64,000 bases of DNA, taken from Azolla caroliniana. Lineage: Eukaryota > Plantae > Polypodiophyta. This document shows positions 49,301-64,000 of the stretch, one piece after another. Both the position numbers and the translations under genes were made by a program. The stretch is taken from positions 28,335 through 92,334 of the forward strand of contig JBHGNT010000096.1 in assembly GCA_043228905.1 (NCBI GenBank). Reading direction: 5' to 3'. Numbering within the stretch: the first letter of the stretch is position 1; every line of letters starts with the position of its first letter. The notes below the pieces were generated by a model. The model ran no database searches, was not told where the DNA came from, and worked only from the letters and a program-made list of their open reading frames with translations.

Positions 49301-52300
49301 AAATTTGAGGAGTGAGTTTAGAGGAGCCCTTGAGTAAATGAAAATGTTCATACCTAGCTCGTGTAATATCGGATTTTTGTGTTCAAACATGCGAATCGAA
49401 GCTAACAACGCTAGCTATGATATGGAGTTAGAAAATCAAGATTTTGAAACTCAGGTCTACAGACATGACGAAATTAGCAGACATGAGGAGGGAGTTGAGA
49501 GGAGCCCTTGAGTAAATAAAAATGTTCATACCTGGCTCGTGTGATATCGGATTTTTGTGTTCAAACATGCGAATCGAAGCTAACAACGCTAGCTATGACA
49601 TGGAATTAAAAAATCAAGATTTTGAAACTCAGGTCTAGAGACATGACGAAATTAGCAAACATGAGAAGGGAGTTGAGAGGAGCCCTTGAGTAAATGAAAA
49701 TGTTCATACCTATCTCGTGTAATATCGGATTTTTGTGTTCAAACATACGTATCGAAGCTAATAACGCTAGCTATGATATGGAGTAAAAAAATCAAGATTT
49801 TGAAACTCAGGTCTAGAGACATGACGAAATTAGCAAACATGAGGAGGGAGTTGAGAGGAGCCCTTGAGTAAATAAAAATGTTCATACCTGGCTCGTGTGA
49901 TATCGGATTTTTGTGTTCAAACATGTGAATCGAAGCTAACAACGCTAGCTATGACATGGAATTAAAAAATCAAGATTTTGAAACTCAGGTCTAGAGACAT
50001 GACGAAATTAGCAAACATGAGAAGGGAGTTGAGAGGAGCCCTTGAGTAAATGAAAATGTTCATACCTAGCTCGTGTAATATCGGATTTTTGTGTTCAAAC
50101 ATACGTATCGAAGCTAATAACGCTAGCTATGATATGGAGTAAAAAAATCAAGATTTTGAAACTCAGGTCTAGAGACATGACGAAATTAGCAAACTTGAGG
50201 AGGGAGTTGAGAGGAGCCCTTGAGTAAATAAAAATGTTCATACCTGGCTCGTGTGATATCGGATTTTTGTGTTCAAACATGTGAATCGAAGCTAACAACG
50301 CTATCTATGATATCGAATTAAAAAATCAAGATTTTGAAACTCAGGTCGAGAGACATGAAGAAATTACCAAATTTGAGGAGTGAGTTTAGAGGAGCCCTTG
50401 AGTAAATGAAAATGTTCATACCTAGCTCGTGTAATATCGGATTTTTGTGTTCAAATATGCGAATCGAAGCTAACAACGCTAGCTATGATATGGAGTTAAA
50501 AAATCAAGATTTTGAAACTCAGGTCTAGAGACATGACGAAATTAGCAGACATGAGGAGGGAGTTGAGAGGAGCCCTTGAGTAAATAAAAATGTTCATACC
50601 TGGCTCGTGTGATATCGGATTTTTGTGTTCAAACATGTGAATCGAAGCTAACAACGCTAGCTATGACATGGAATTAAAAAATCAAGATTTTGAAACTCAG
50701 GTCTAGAGACATGACGAAATTAGCAAACATGAGAAGGGAGTTGAGAGGAGCCCTTGAGTAAATGAAAATGTTCATACCTATCTCGTGTAATATCGGATTT
50801 TTGTGTTCAAACATACGTATCGAAGCTAATAACGCTAGCTATGATATGGAGTAAAAAAATCAAGATTTTGAAACTCAGGTCTAGAGACATGACGAAATTA
50901 GCAAACATGAGGAGGGAGTTGAGAGGAGCCCTTGAGTAAATAAAAATGTTCATACCTGGCTCGTGTGATATCGGATTTTTGTGTTCAAACATGTGAATCG
51001 AAGCTAACAACGCTAGCTATGACATGGAATTAAAAAATCAAGATTTTGAAACTCAGGTCTAGAGACATGACGAAATTAGCAAACATGAGAAGGGAGTTGA
51101 GAGGAGCCCTTGAGTAAAAGAAAATGTTCATACCTAGCTCGTGTAATATCGGATTTTTGTGTTCAAACATACGTATCGAAGCTAATAACGCTAGCTATGA
51201 TATGGAGTAAAAAAATCAAGATTTTGAAACTCAGGTCTAGAGACATGATGAAATTAGCAAACTTGAGGAGGGAGTTGAGAGGAGCCCTTGAGTAAATGAA
51301 AATGTTCATACCTGGCTCGTGTGATATCGGATTTTTGTGTTCAAACATGCGAATCGAAGCTAACAACGGTAGCTATGATATGGAATTAAAAAATCAAGAT
51401 TTTGAAACTGAGGTCGAGAGACATGACGAAATTACCAAATTTGAGGAGTGAGTTTAGAGGAGCCCTTGAGTAAATGAAAATGTTCATACCTAGCTCGTGT
51501 AATATCGGATTTTTGTGTTCAAACATGCGAATCGAAGCTAACAACGCTAGCTATGATATGGAGTTAGAAAATCAAGATTTTGAAACTCAGGTCTAGAGAC
51601 ATGACGAAATTAGCAGACATGAGGAGGGAGTTGAGAGGAGCCCTTGAGTAAATAAAAATGTTCATACCTGGCTCGTGTGATATCGGATTTTTGTGTTCAA
51701 ACATGTGAATCGAAGCTAACAACGCTAGCTATGACATGGAATTAAAAAATCAAGATTTTGAAACTCAGGTCTAGAGACATGACGAAATTAGCAAACATGA
51801 GAAGGGAGTTGAGAGGAGCCCTTGAGTAAATGAAAATGTTCATACCTATCTCGTGTAATATCGGATTTTTGTGTTCAAACATACGTATCGAAGCTAATAA
51901 CGCTAGCTATGATATGGAGTAAAAAAATCAAGATTTTGAAACTCAGGTCTAGAGACATGACGAAATTAGCAAACATGAGGAGGGAGTTGAGAGGAGCCCT
52001 TGAGTAAATAAAAATGTTCAGACCTGGCTCGTGTGATATCGGATTTTTGTGTTCAAACATGTGAATCGAAGCTAACAACGCTAGCTATGACATGGAATTA
52101 AAAAATCAAGATTTTGAAACTCAGGTCTAGAGACATGACGAAATTAGCAAACATGAGAAGGGAGTTGAGAGGAGCCCTTGAGTAAATGAAAATGTTCATA
52201 CCTAGCTCGTGTAATATCGGATTTTTGTGTTCAAACATACGTATCGAAGCTAATAACGCTAGCTATGATATGGAGTAAAAAAATCAAGATTTTGAAACTC

Positions 52301-55300
52301 AGGTCTAGAGACATGACGAAATTAGCAAACTTGAGGAGGGAGTTGAGAGGAGCCCTTGAGTAAATAAAAATGTTCATACCTGGCTCGTGTGATATCGGAT
52401 TTTTGTGTTCAAACATGTGAATCGAAGCTAACAACGCTAGCTATGACATGGAATTAAAAAATCAAGATTTTGAAACTCAGGTCTAGAGACATGACGAAAT
52501 TAGCAAACATGAGAAGGGAGTTGAGAGGAGCCCTTGAGTAAATGAAAATGTTCATACCTAGCTCGTGTAATATCGGATTTTTGTGTTCAAACATACGTAT
52601 CGAAGCTAATAACGCTAGCGATGATATGGAGTAAAAAAATCAAGATTTTGAAACTCAGGTCTAGAGACATGACGAAATTAGCAAACATGAGAAGGGAGGT
52701 GAGAGGAGCCCTTGAGTAAATAAAAATGTTCATACCTGGCTCGTGTGATATCGGATTTTTGTGTTCAAACATGCGAAGCCAAGCTAACAACGCTAGCTAT
52801 GATATGGAATTAAAAAATCAAGATTTTGAAACTCAGGTCGAGAGACATGAAGAAATTACCAAATTTGAATAGTGAGTTGAGATGAGCCCTTGAGTAAATG
52901 AAAATGTTCATACCTGGCTCGTGTAATATCGGATTTTTGTGTTCAAACATACGTATCGAAGCTAATAACGCTAGCTATGATATGGAATTAAAAAATGAAG
53001 ATTTTGAAACTCAGGTCTAGAGACATGACGAAATTAGCAAACATGAGGAGGGAGTTGAGAGGAGCCCTTGAGTAAATAAAAATGTTCATACCTGGCTCGT
53101 GTGATATCGGATTTTTGTGTTCAAACATGCGAATCGAAGCTAACAACGTTAGCTATGATAGGGAGTTAAAAAATGAAGATTTGAAACTCAGGTCGAGAGA
53201 CATGAATAAATTACCAAATTTGAGGAGTGAGTGGAGAGGAGCCCTTGAGTAAATGAAAATGTTCATACCTGGCTCGTGTGATATCGGATTTTTGTGTTCA
53301 AACATGCGAATCGAAGCTAACAACGCTATCTATGATATCGAATTAAAAAATCAAGATTTTGAAACTCAGGTCGAGAGACATGAAGAAATTACCAAATTTG
53401 AGGAGTGAGTTTAGAGGAGCCCTTGAGTAAATGAAAATGTTCATACCTGGCTCGTGTAATATCGGATTTTTGTGTTCAAACATGCGAATCGAAGCTAACA
53501 ACGCTAGCTATGATATGGAGTTAAAAAATCAAGATTTTGAAACTCAGGTCTAGAGACATGACGAAATTAGCAGACATGAGGAGGGAGTTGAGAGGAGCCC
53601 TTGAGTAAATAAAAATGTTCATACCTGGCTCGTGTGATATCGGATTTTTGTGTTCAAACATGCGAATCGAAGCTAACAACGCTAGCTATGATATGGAATT
53701 AAAAAATCAAGATTTTTGAATCTCAGGTCGAGAGAAATAACGAAATTACCAAATTTGAGAAGTGAGTTGAGAGGAGCCCTTGAGTAAATTAAAATGTTCA
53801 TACCTGGCTCGTCTGATATCGGATGTTTGTGTTCAAACATGCGAATCGAAGCTAACAACGCTAGCTATGATATGGAGTTAAAAAATCAAGATTTTGTAAC
53901 TCAGGTCTAGAGACATGACGAAATTAGCAAACTTGAGGAGGGAGTTGAGAGGAGCCCTTGAGTAAATAAAAATGTTCATACCTGGATCGTGTGATATCGG
54001 ATTTTTGTGTTCAAACATGCGAATCGAAGCTAACAACGGTAGCTATGATATGGAATTAAAAAATCAAGATTTTGAAACTCAGGTCTAGAGACATGACGAA
54101 ATTAGCAAACATGAGGAGGGAGTTGAGAGGAGCCCTTGAGTAAATGAAAATGTTCATACCTGGCTCGTGTAATATCGGATTTTTGTGTTCAAACATGCGA
54201 ATCGAAGCTAACAACGCTAGCTATGATATAGAATTAAAAAATCAAGATTTTGAAACTCAGGTCTAGAGACATGACGAAATTAGCAAACATGAGGAGGGAG
54301 TTGAGAGGAGCCCTTGAGTAAATAAAAATGTTCATACCTGGCTCGTGTGATATCGGATTTTTGTGTTCAAACATGTGAATCGAAGCTAACAACGCTAGCT
54401 ATGACATGGAATTAAAAAATCAAGATTTTGAAACTCAGGTCTAGAGACATGACGAAATTAGCAAACATGAGAAGGGAGTTGAGAGGAGCCCTTGAGTAAA
54501 TGAAAATGTTCATACCTAGCTCGTGTAATATCGGATTTTTGTGTTCAAACATACGTATCGAAGCTAATAACGCTAGCTATGATATGGAGTAAAAAAATCA
54601 AGATTTTGAAACTCAGGTCTAGAGACATGACGAAATTAGCAAACTTGAGGAGGGAGTTGAGAGGAGCCCTTGAGTAAATGAAAATGTTCATACCTGGCTC
54701 GTGTGATATCGGATTTTTGTGTTCAAACATGCGAATCGAAGCTAACAACGGTAGCTATGATATGGAGTTAGAAAATCAAGATTTTGAAACTCAGGTCTAG
54801 AGACATGACGAAATTAGCAGACATGAGGAGGGAGTTGAGAGGAGCCCTTGAGTAAATAAAAATGTTCATACCTGGCTCGTGTGATATCGGATTTTTGTGT
54901 TCAAACATGCGAAGCCAAGCTAACAACGCTAGCTATGATATGGAATTAAAAAATCAAGATTTTGAAACTCAGGTCGAGAGACATGAAGAAATTACCAAAT
55001 TTGAATAGTGAGTTGAGATGAGCCCTTGAGTAAATGAAAATGTTCATACCTGGCTCGTGTAATATCGGATTTTTGTGTTCAAACATACGTATCGAAGCTA
55101 ATAACGCTAGCTATGATATGGAATTAAAAAATGAAGATTTTGAAACTCAGGTCTAGAGACATGACGAAATTAGCAAACATGAGGAGGGAGTTGAGAGGAG
55201 CCCTTGAGTAAATAAAAATGTTCATACCTGGCTCGTGTGATATCGGATTTTTGTGTTCAAACATGCGAATCGAAGCTAACAACGTTAGCTATGATAGGGA

Positions 55301-58300
55301 GTTAAAAAATGAAGATTTGAAACTCAGGTCGAGAGACATGAATAAATTACCAAATTTGAGGAGTGAGTGGAGAGGAGCCCTTGAGTAAATGAAAATGTTC
55401 ATACCTGGCTCGTGTGATATCGGATTTTTGTGTTCAAACATGCGAATCGAAGCTAACAACGCTATCTATGATATCGAATTAAAAAATCAAGATTTTGAAA
55501 CTCAGGTCGAGAGACATGAAGAAATTACCAAATTTGAGGAGTGAGTTTAGAGGAGCCCTTGAGTAAATGAAAATGTTCATACCTGGCTCGTGTAATATCG
55601 GATTTTTGTGTTCAAACATGCGAATCGAAGCTAACAACGCTAGCTATGATATGGAGTTAAAAAATCAAGATTTTGAAACTCAGGTATAGAGACATGACGA
55701 AATTAGCAGACATGAGGAGGGAGTTGAGAGGAGCCCTTGAGTAAATAAAAATGTTCATACCTGGCTCGTGTGATATCGGATTTTTGTGTTCAAACATGCG
55801 AATCGAAGCTAACAACGCTAGCTATGATATGGAATTAAAAAATCAAGATTTTTGAATCTCAGGTCGAGAGAAATAACGAAATTACCAAATTTGAGAAGTG
55901 AGTTGAGAGGAGCCCTTGAGTAAATTAAAATGTTCATACCTGGCTCGTCTGATATCGGATGTTTGTGTTCAAACATGCGAATCGAAGCTAACAACGCTAG
56001 CTATGATATGGAGTTAGAAAATCAAGATTTTGAAACTCAGGTCTAGAGACATGACGAAATTAGCAGACATGAGGAGGGAGTTGAGAGGAGCCCTTGAGTA
56101 AATAAAAATGTTCATACCTGGCTCGTGTGATATCGGATTTTTGTGTTCAAACATGTGAATCGAAGCTAACAACGCTAGCTATGACATGGAATTAAAAAAT
56201 CAAGATTTTGAAACTCAGGTCTAGAGACATGACGAAATTAGCAAACATGAGAAGGGAGTTGAGAGGAGCCCTTGAGTAAATGAAAATGTTCATACCTATC
56301 TCGTGTAATATCGGATTTTTGTGTTCAAACATACGTATCGAAGCTAATAACGCTAGCTATGATATGGAGTAAAAAAATCAAGATTTTGAAACTCAGGTCT
56401 AGAGACATGACGAAATTAGCAAACATGAGGAGGGAGTTGAGAGGAGCCCTTGAGTAAATAAAAATGTTCATACCTGGCTCGTGTGATATCGGATTTTTGT
56501 GTTCAAACATGTGAATCGAAGCTAACAACGCTAGCTATGACATGGAATTAAAAAATCAAGATTTTGAAACTCAGGTCTAGAGACATGACGAAATTAGCAA
56601 ACATGAGAAGGGAGTTGAGAGGAGCCCTTGAGTAAATGAAAATGTTCATACCTAGCTCGTGTAATATCGGATTTTTGTGTTCAAACATACGTATCGAAGC
56701 TAATAACGCTAGCTATGATATGGAGTAAAAAAATCAAGATTTTGAAACTCAGGTCTAGAGACATGACGAAATTAGCAAACTTGAGGAGGGAGTTGAGAGG
56801 AGCCCTTGAGTAAATAAAAATGTTCATACCTGGCTCGTGTGATATCGGATTTTTGTGTTCAAACATGTGAATCGAAGCTAGCAACGCTAGCTATGACATG
56901 GAATTAAAAAATCAAGATTTTGAAACTCAGGTCTAGAGACATGACGAAATTAGCAAACATGAGAAGGGAGTTGAGAGGAGCCCTTGAGTAAATGAAAATG
57001 TTCATACCTAGCTCGTGTAATATCGGATTTTTGTGTTCAAGCATACGTATCGAAGCTAATAACGCTAGCGATGATATGGAGTAAAAAAATCAAGATTTTG
57101 AAACTCAGGTCTAGAGACATAACGAAATTAGCAAACATGAGAAGGGAGGTGAGAGGAGCCCTTGAGTAAATAAAAATGTTCATACCTGGCTCGTGTGATA
57201 TCGGATTTTTGTGTTCAAACATGCGAAGCCAAGCTAACAACGCTAGCTATGATATGGAATTAAAAAATCAAGATTTTGAAACTCAGGTCGAGAGACATGA
57301 AGAAATTACCAAATTTGAATAGTGAGTTGAGATGAGCCCTTGAGTAAATGAAAATGTTCATACCTGGCTCGTGTAATATCGGATTTTTGTGTTCAAACAT
57401 ACGTATCGAAGCTAATAACGCTAGCTATGATATGGAATTAAAAAATGAAGATTTTGAAACTCAGGTCTAGAGACATGACGAAATTAGCAAACATGAGGAG
57501 GGAGTTGAGAGGAGCCCTTGAGTAAATAAAAATGTTCATACCTGGCTCGTGTGATATCGGATTTTTGTGTTCAAACATGCGAATCGAAGCTAACAACGTT
57601 AGCTATGATAGGGAGTTAAAAAATGAAGATTTGAAACTCAGGTCGAGAGACATGAATAAATTACCAAATTTGAGGAGTGAGTGGAGAGGAGCCCTTGAGT
57701 AAATGAAAATGTTCATACCTGGCTCGTGTGATATCGGATTTTTGTGTTCAAACATGCGAATCGAAGCTAACAACGCTATCTATGATATCGAATTAAAAAA
57801 TCAAGATTTTGAAACTCAGGTCGAGAGACATGAAGAAATTACCAAATTTGAGGAGTGAGTTTAGAGGAGCCCTTGAGTAAATGAAAATGTTCATACCTGG
57901 CTCGTGTAATATCGGATTTTTGTGTTCAAACATGCGAATCGAAGCTAACAACGCTAGCTATGATATGGAGTTAAAAAATCAAGATTTTGAAACTCAGGTC
58001 TAGAGACATGACGAAATTAGCAGACATGAGGAGGGAGTTGAGAGGAGCCCTTGAGTAAATAAAAATGTTCATACCTGGCTCGTGTGATATCGGATTTTTG
58101 TGTTCAAACATGCGAATCGAAGCTAACAACGCTAGCTATGATATGGAATTAAAAAATCAAGATTTTTGAATCTCAGGTCGAGAGAAATAACGAAATTACC
58201 AAATTTGAGAAGTGAGTTGAGAGGAGCCCTTGAGTAAATTAAAATGTTCATACCTGGCTCGTCTGATATCGGATGTTTGTGTTCAAACATGCGAATCGAA

Positions 58301-61300
58301 GCTAACAACGCTAGCTATGATATGGAGTTAAAAAATCAAGATTTTGTAACTCAGGTCTAGAGACATGACGAAATTAGCAAACATGAGAAGGGAGTTGAGA
58401 GGAGCCCTTGAGTAAATGAAAATGTTCATACCTAGCTCGTGTAATATCGGATTTTTGTGTTCAAACATACGTATCGAAGCTAATAACGCTAGCTATGATA
58501 TGGAGTAAAAAAATCAAGATTTTGAAACTCAGGTCTAGAGACATGACGAAATTAGCAAACTTGAGGAGGGAGTTGAGAGGAGCCCTTGAGTAAATAAAAA
58601 TGTTCATACCTGGCTCGTGTGATATCGGATTTTTGTGTTCAAACATGTGAATCGAAGCTAACAACGCTAGCTATGACATGGAATTAAAAAATCAAGATTT
58701 TGAAACTCAGGTCTAGAGACATGACGAAATTAGCAAACATGAGAAGGGAGTTGAGAGGAGCCCTTGAGTAAATGAAAATGTTCATACCTAGCTCGTGTAA
58801 TATCGGATTTTTGTGTTCAAACATACGTATCGAAGCTAATAACGCTAGCGATGATATGGAGTAAAAAAATCAAGATTTTGAAACTCAGGTCTAGAGACAT
58901 GACGAAATTAGCAAACATGAGAAGGGAGGTGAGAGGAGCCCTTGAGTAAATAAAAATGTTCATACCTGGCTCGTGTGATATCGGATTTTTGTGTTCAAAC
59001 ATGCGAAGCCAAGCTAACAACGCTAGCTATGATATGGAATTAAAAAATCAAGATTTTGAAACTCAGGTCGAGAGACATGAAGAAATTACCAAATTTGAAT
59101 AGTGAGTTGAGATGAGCCCTTGAGTAAATGAAAATGTTCATACCTGGCTCGTGTAATATCGGATTTTTGTGTTCAAACATACGTATCGAAGCTAATAACG
59201 CTAGCTATGATATGGAATTAAAAAATGAAGATTTTGAAACTCAGGTCTAGAGACATGACGAAATTAGCAAACATGAGGAGGGAGTTGAGAGGAGCCCTTG
59301 AGTAAATAAAAATGTTCATACCTGGCTCGTGTGATATCGGATTTTTGTGTTCAAACATGCGAATCGAAGCTAACAACGCTAGCTATGATATGGAATTAAA
59401 AAATCAACATTTTTGAATCTCAGGTCGAGAGAAATAACGAAATTACCAAATTTGAGAAGTGAGTTGAGAGGAGCCCTTGAGTAAATTAAAATGTTCATAC
59501 CTGGCTCGTCTGATATCGGATGTTTGTGTTCAAACATGCGAATCGAAGCTAACAACGCTAGCTATGATATGGAGTTAAAAAATCAAGATTTTGTAACTCA
59601 GGTCTAGAGACATGACGAAATTAGCAAACTTGAGGAGGGAGTTGAGAGGAGCCCTTGAGTAAATGAAAATGTTCATACCTGGCTCGTGTAATATCGGATT
59701 TTTGTGTTCAAACATGCGAATCGAAGCTAACAACGCTAGCTATGATATGGAGTTAAAAAATCAAGATTTTGAAACTCAGGTCTAGAGACATGACGAAATT
59801 AGCAGACATGAGGAGGGAGTTGAGAGGAGCCCTTGAGTAAATAAAAATGTTCATACCTGGCTCGTGTGATATCGGATTTTTGTGTTCAAACATGCGAATC
59901 GAAGCTAACAACGCTAGCTATGATATGGAATTAAAAAATCAAGATTTTTGAATCTCAGGTCGAGAGAAATAACGAAATTACCAAATTTGAGAAGTGAGTT
60001 GAGAGGAGCCCTTGAGTAAATTAAAATGTTCATACCTGGCTCGTCTGATATCGGATGTTTGTGTTCAAACATGCGAATCGAAGCTAACAACGCTAGCTAT
60101 GATATGGAGTTAAAAAATCAAGATTTTGTAACTCAGGTCTAGAGACATGACGAAATTAGCAAACTTGAGGAGGGAGTTGAGAGGAGCCCTTGAGTAAATA
60201 AAAATGTTCATACCTGGATCGTGTGATATCGGATTTTTGTGTTCAAACATGCGAATCGAAGCTAACAACGGTAGCTATGATATGGAATTAAAAAATCAAG
60301 ATTTTGAAACTCAGGTCTAGAGACATGACGAAATTAGCAAACATGAGGAGGGAGTTGAGAGGAGCCCTTGAGTAAATGAAAATGTTCATACCTGGCTCGT
60401 GTAATATCGGATTTTTGTGTTCAAACATGCGAATCGAAGCTAACAACGCTAGCTATGATATAGAATTAAAAAATCAAGATTTTGAAACTCAGGTCGAGAG
60501 ACATGACGAAATTAGCAAACATGAGGAGGGAGTTGAGAGGAGCCCTTGAGTAAATGAAAATGTTCATACCTGGCTCGTGTAATATCGGATTTTTGTGTTC
60601 AAACATACGTATCGAAGCTAATAACGCTAGCTATGATATGGAATTAAAAAATGAAGATTTTGAAACTCAGGTCTAGGGACATGACGAAATTAGCAAACTT
60701 GAGGAGGGAGTTGAGAGGAGCCCTTGAGTAAATAAAAATGTTCATACCTGGATCGTGTAATATCGGATTTTTGTGTTCAAACATGCGAATCGAAGCTAAC
60801 AACGGTAGCTATGACATGGAATTAAAAAATCAAGATTTTGAAACTCAGGTCTAGAGACATGACGAAATTAGCAAACATGAGGAGGGAGTTGAGAGGAGCC
60901 CTTGAGTAAATAAAAATGTTCATACCTGGCTCGTGTGATATCGGATTTTTGTGTTCAAACATGTGAATCGAAGCTAACAACGCTAGCTATGACATGGAAT
61001 TAAAAAATCAAGATTTTGAAACTCAGGTCTAGAGACATGACGAAATTAGCAAACATGAGAAGGGAGTTGAGAGGAGCCCTTGAGTAAATGAAAATGTTCA
61101 TACCTAGCTCGTGTAATATCGGATTTTTGTGTTCAAACATACGTATCGAAGCTAATAACGCTAGCTATGATATGGAGTAAAAAAATCAAGATTTTGAAAC
61201 TCAGGTCTAGAGACATGACGAAATTAGCAAACTTGAGGAGGGAATTGAGAGGAGCCCTTGAGTAAATGAAAATGTTCATACCTGGCTCGTGTAATATCGG

Positions 61301-64000
61301 ATTTTTGTGTTCAAACATGCGAATCGAAGCTAACAACGCTAGCTATGATATGGAGTTAAAAAATGAAGATTTTAAACTCAGGTCGAGAGACATGAATAAA
61401 TTACCAAATTTGAGGAGTGAGTTGAGAGGAGCCCTTCAGTAAATGAAAATGTTCATACCTGGCTCGTGTAATATCGGATTTTTGTGTTCAAACATGTGAA
61501 TCGAAGCTAACAACGCTAGCTATGACATGGAATTAAAAAATCAAGATTTTGAAACTCAGGTCTAGAGACATGACGAAATTAGCAAACATGAGGAGGGAGT
61601 TGAGAGGAGCCCTTGAGTAAATAAAAATGTTCATACCTGGCTCGTGTGATATCGGATTTTTGTGTTCAAACATGTGAATCGAAGCTAACAACGCTAGCTA
61701 TGACATGGAATTAAAAAATCAAGATTTTGAAACTCAGGTCTAGAGACATGACGAAATTAGCAAACATGAGAAGGGAGTTGAGAGGAGCCCTTGAGTAAAT
61801 GAAAATGTTCATACCTATCTCGTCTAATATCGGATTTTTGTGTTCAAACATACGTATCGAAGCTAACAACGCTAGCTATGATATGGAGTAAAAAAATCAA
61901 GATTTTGAAACTCAGGTCTAGAGACATGACGAAATTAGCAAACATGAGGAGGGAGTTGAGAGGAGCCCTTGAGTAAATAAAAATGTTCATACCTGGCTCG
62001 TGTGATATCGGATTTTTGTGTTCAAACATGCGAATCGAAGCTAACAACGCTAGCTATGATATGGAATTAAAAAATCAAGATTTCTGAATCTCAGGTCGAG
62101 AGAAATAACGAAATTACCAAATTTGAGAAGTGAGTTGAGAGGAGCCCTTGAGTAAATTAAAATGTTCATACCTGGCTCGTCTGATATCGGATGTTTGTGT
62201 TCAAACATGCGAATCGAAGCTAACAACGCTAGCTATGATATGGAGTTAAAAAATCAAGATTTTGTAACTCAGGTCTAGAGACATGACGAAATTAGCAAAC
62301 TTGAGGAGGGAGTTGAGAGGAGCCCTTGAGTAAATAAAAATGTTCATACCTGGATCGTGTGATATCGGATTTTTGTGTTCAAACATGCGAATCGAAGCTA
62401 ACAACGGTAGCTATGATATGGAATTAAAAAATCAAGATTTTGAAACTCAGGTCTAGAGACATGACGAAATTAGCAAACTTGAGGAGGGAATTGAGAGGAG
62501 CCCTTGAGTAAATGAAAATGTTCATACCTGCCTCGTGTGATATCGGATTTTTGTGTGCAAACATGCGAATCGAAGCTAACAACGCTATCTATGATATGGA
62601 ATTAAAAAATCAAGATTTTGAAACTCAGGTCGAGAGACATGACGAAATTACCAAATTTGAGGAGTGAGTGGAGAGGAGCCCTTGAGTAAATGAAAATGTT
62701 CATACCTGGCTCTAGTAAAATCGGATTTTTGTGTTCAAACATGGGAATCGAAGCTAATAACGCTAGCTAAGATATGGGGTTAAAAAATCAAGATTTTGAA
62801 ACTCAGGTCGAGAGACATGAAGAAATTACCAAATTTGAGGAGTGAGTTTAGAGGAGCCCTTGAGTAAATGAAAATGTTCATACCTGGCTCGTGTAATATC
62901 GGATTTTTGTGTTTAAACATGCGAATCGAAGCTAACAACGCTAGCTATGATATGGGGTTAAAAAATCAAGATTTTGAAACTCAGGTCGAGAGACATGACG
63001 AAATTAGCAAACATGAGAAGGGAGTTGAGAGGAGCCTTGAGTAAATGAAAATGTTCATACCTGGCTCGTGTGATATCGGATTTTTGTGTTCAAACATGCG
63101 AATCGAAGCTAACAACGCTAGCATTGATATGGAGTTAAAAAATGAAGATTTTGAAACTCAGGTCGAGAGACATGAAGAAATTACCAAATTTGAGGAGTGA
63201 GTTGAGAGGAGCCCTTGAGTAAATGAAAATGTTCATACCTAGCTCGTGTAATATCGGATTTTAGTGTTCAAACATACGTATCGAAGCTAATAACGCTAGC
63301 TATGATATGGAGTAAAAAAATCAAGATTTTGAAACTCAGGCCTAGAGACATGACGAAATTAGCAAACTTGAGGAGGGAGTTGAGAGGAGCCGTTGAGTAA
63401 ATAAAAATGTTCATACCTGGATCGTGTGATATCGGATTTTTGTGTTCAAACATGCGAATCGAAGCTAACAACGGTAGCTATGATATGGAATTAAAAAATC
63501 AAGATTTTAAAACTCACGTCGAGAGACATGACGAAATTACCAAATTTGAGGAGGGAGTTGAGAGGAGCCCTTGAGTAAATAAAAATGTTCATACCTGGAT
63601 CGTGTGATATCGGATTTTTGTGTTCAAACATGCGAATCGAAGCTAACAACGGTAGCTATGATATGGAATTAAAAAATCAAGATTTTGAAACTCAGGTCTA
63701 GAGACATGACGAAATTAGCAAACATGAGGAGGGAGTTGAGAGGAGCCCTTGAGTAAATGAAAATGTTCATACCTGGCTCGTGTAATATCGGATTTTTGTG
63801 TTCAAACATGCGAATCGAAGCTAACAACGCTAGCTATGATATAGAATTAAAAAATCAAGATTTTCAAACTCAGGTCGAGAGACATGACGAAATTAGCAAA
63901 CATGAGGAGGGAGTTGAGAGGAGCCCTTGAGTAAATGAAAATGTTCATACCTGGCTCGTGTAATATCGGATTTTTGTGTTCAAACATACGTATCGAAGCT
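34397..64000. repeat. 178-bp tandem satellite array, right block (~166 monomers), highly homogeneous to ~53.6 kb, with higher-order repeats
   Basis: Same monomer. Variant-defined ORFs recur at 356 (36214/36570/36926/37282), 2669 and 2847 (38706/41375/44222), 1068 (47603/48671/49739/50807/51875) and 1780 (57037/58817). Confidence 0.98.

Noticed and set aside
627-63471. Dozens of ~61-113-aa ORFs (MLASIRMFEHKNP...)
   Set aside because: They are translations of the satellite monomer that appear or vanish with single variants; mostly non-ATG starts and no domain.
1-64000. CRISPR array
   Set aside because: Whole 178-bp units repeat with no unique spacers and no cas genes.

Overview
About 56 kb of this window is a head-to-tail 178-bp tandem satellite (centromere-like; not the Arabidopsis CEN178 sequence as I recall it) with dimer, 4-, 6-, 10- and 14-16-mer higher-order structure. 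It is interrupted at 24421-31729 by an apparently complete endonuclease-deficient Penelope-like retroelement (PLE). The element has ~1.17-kb direct terminal repeats (pLTRs), each carrying a type I hammerhead ribozyme and several plant-type telomeric CCCTAAACCCT motifs. A long Pro/Asn/His-rich ORF1 (one in-frame TGA) is joined to a PLE reverse transcriptase by a textbook -1 frameshift signal (A AAA AAC plus a strong stem-loop), and there is no GIY-YIG domain. The junctions have no target-site duplication. The right one has a 6-nt microhomology; the left one has a single telomeric repeat and a 13-bp triplication. This suggests a telomere-type retroelement that patched a break inside satellite DNA. 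A 770-bp pLTR fragment (33627-34396) has since been copied along with the satellite. All ~67-aa ORFs in the satellite are artefacts of the repeat. The host cannot be identified beyond a probable TTTAGGG-telomere eukaryote. All comparisons were made by eye.
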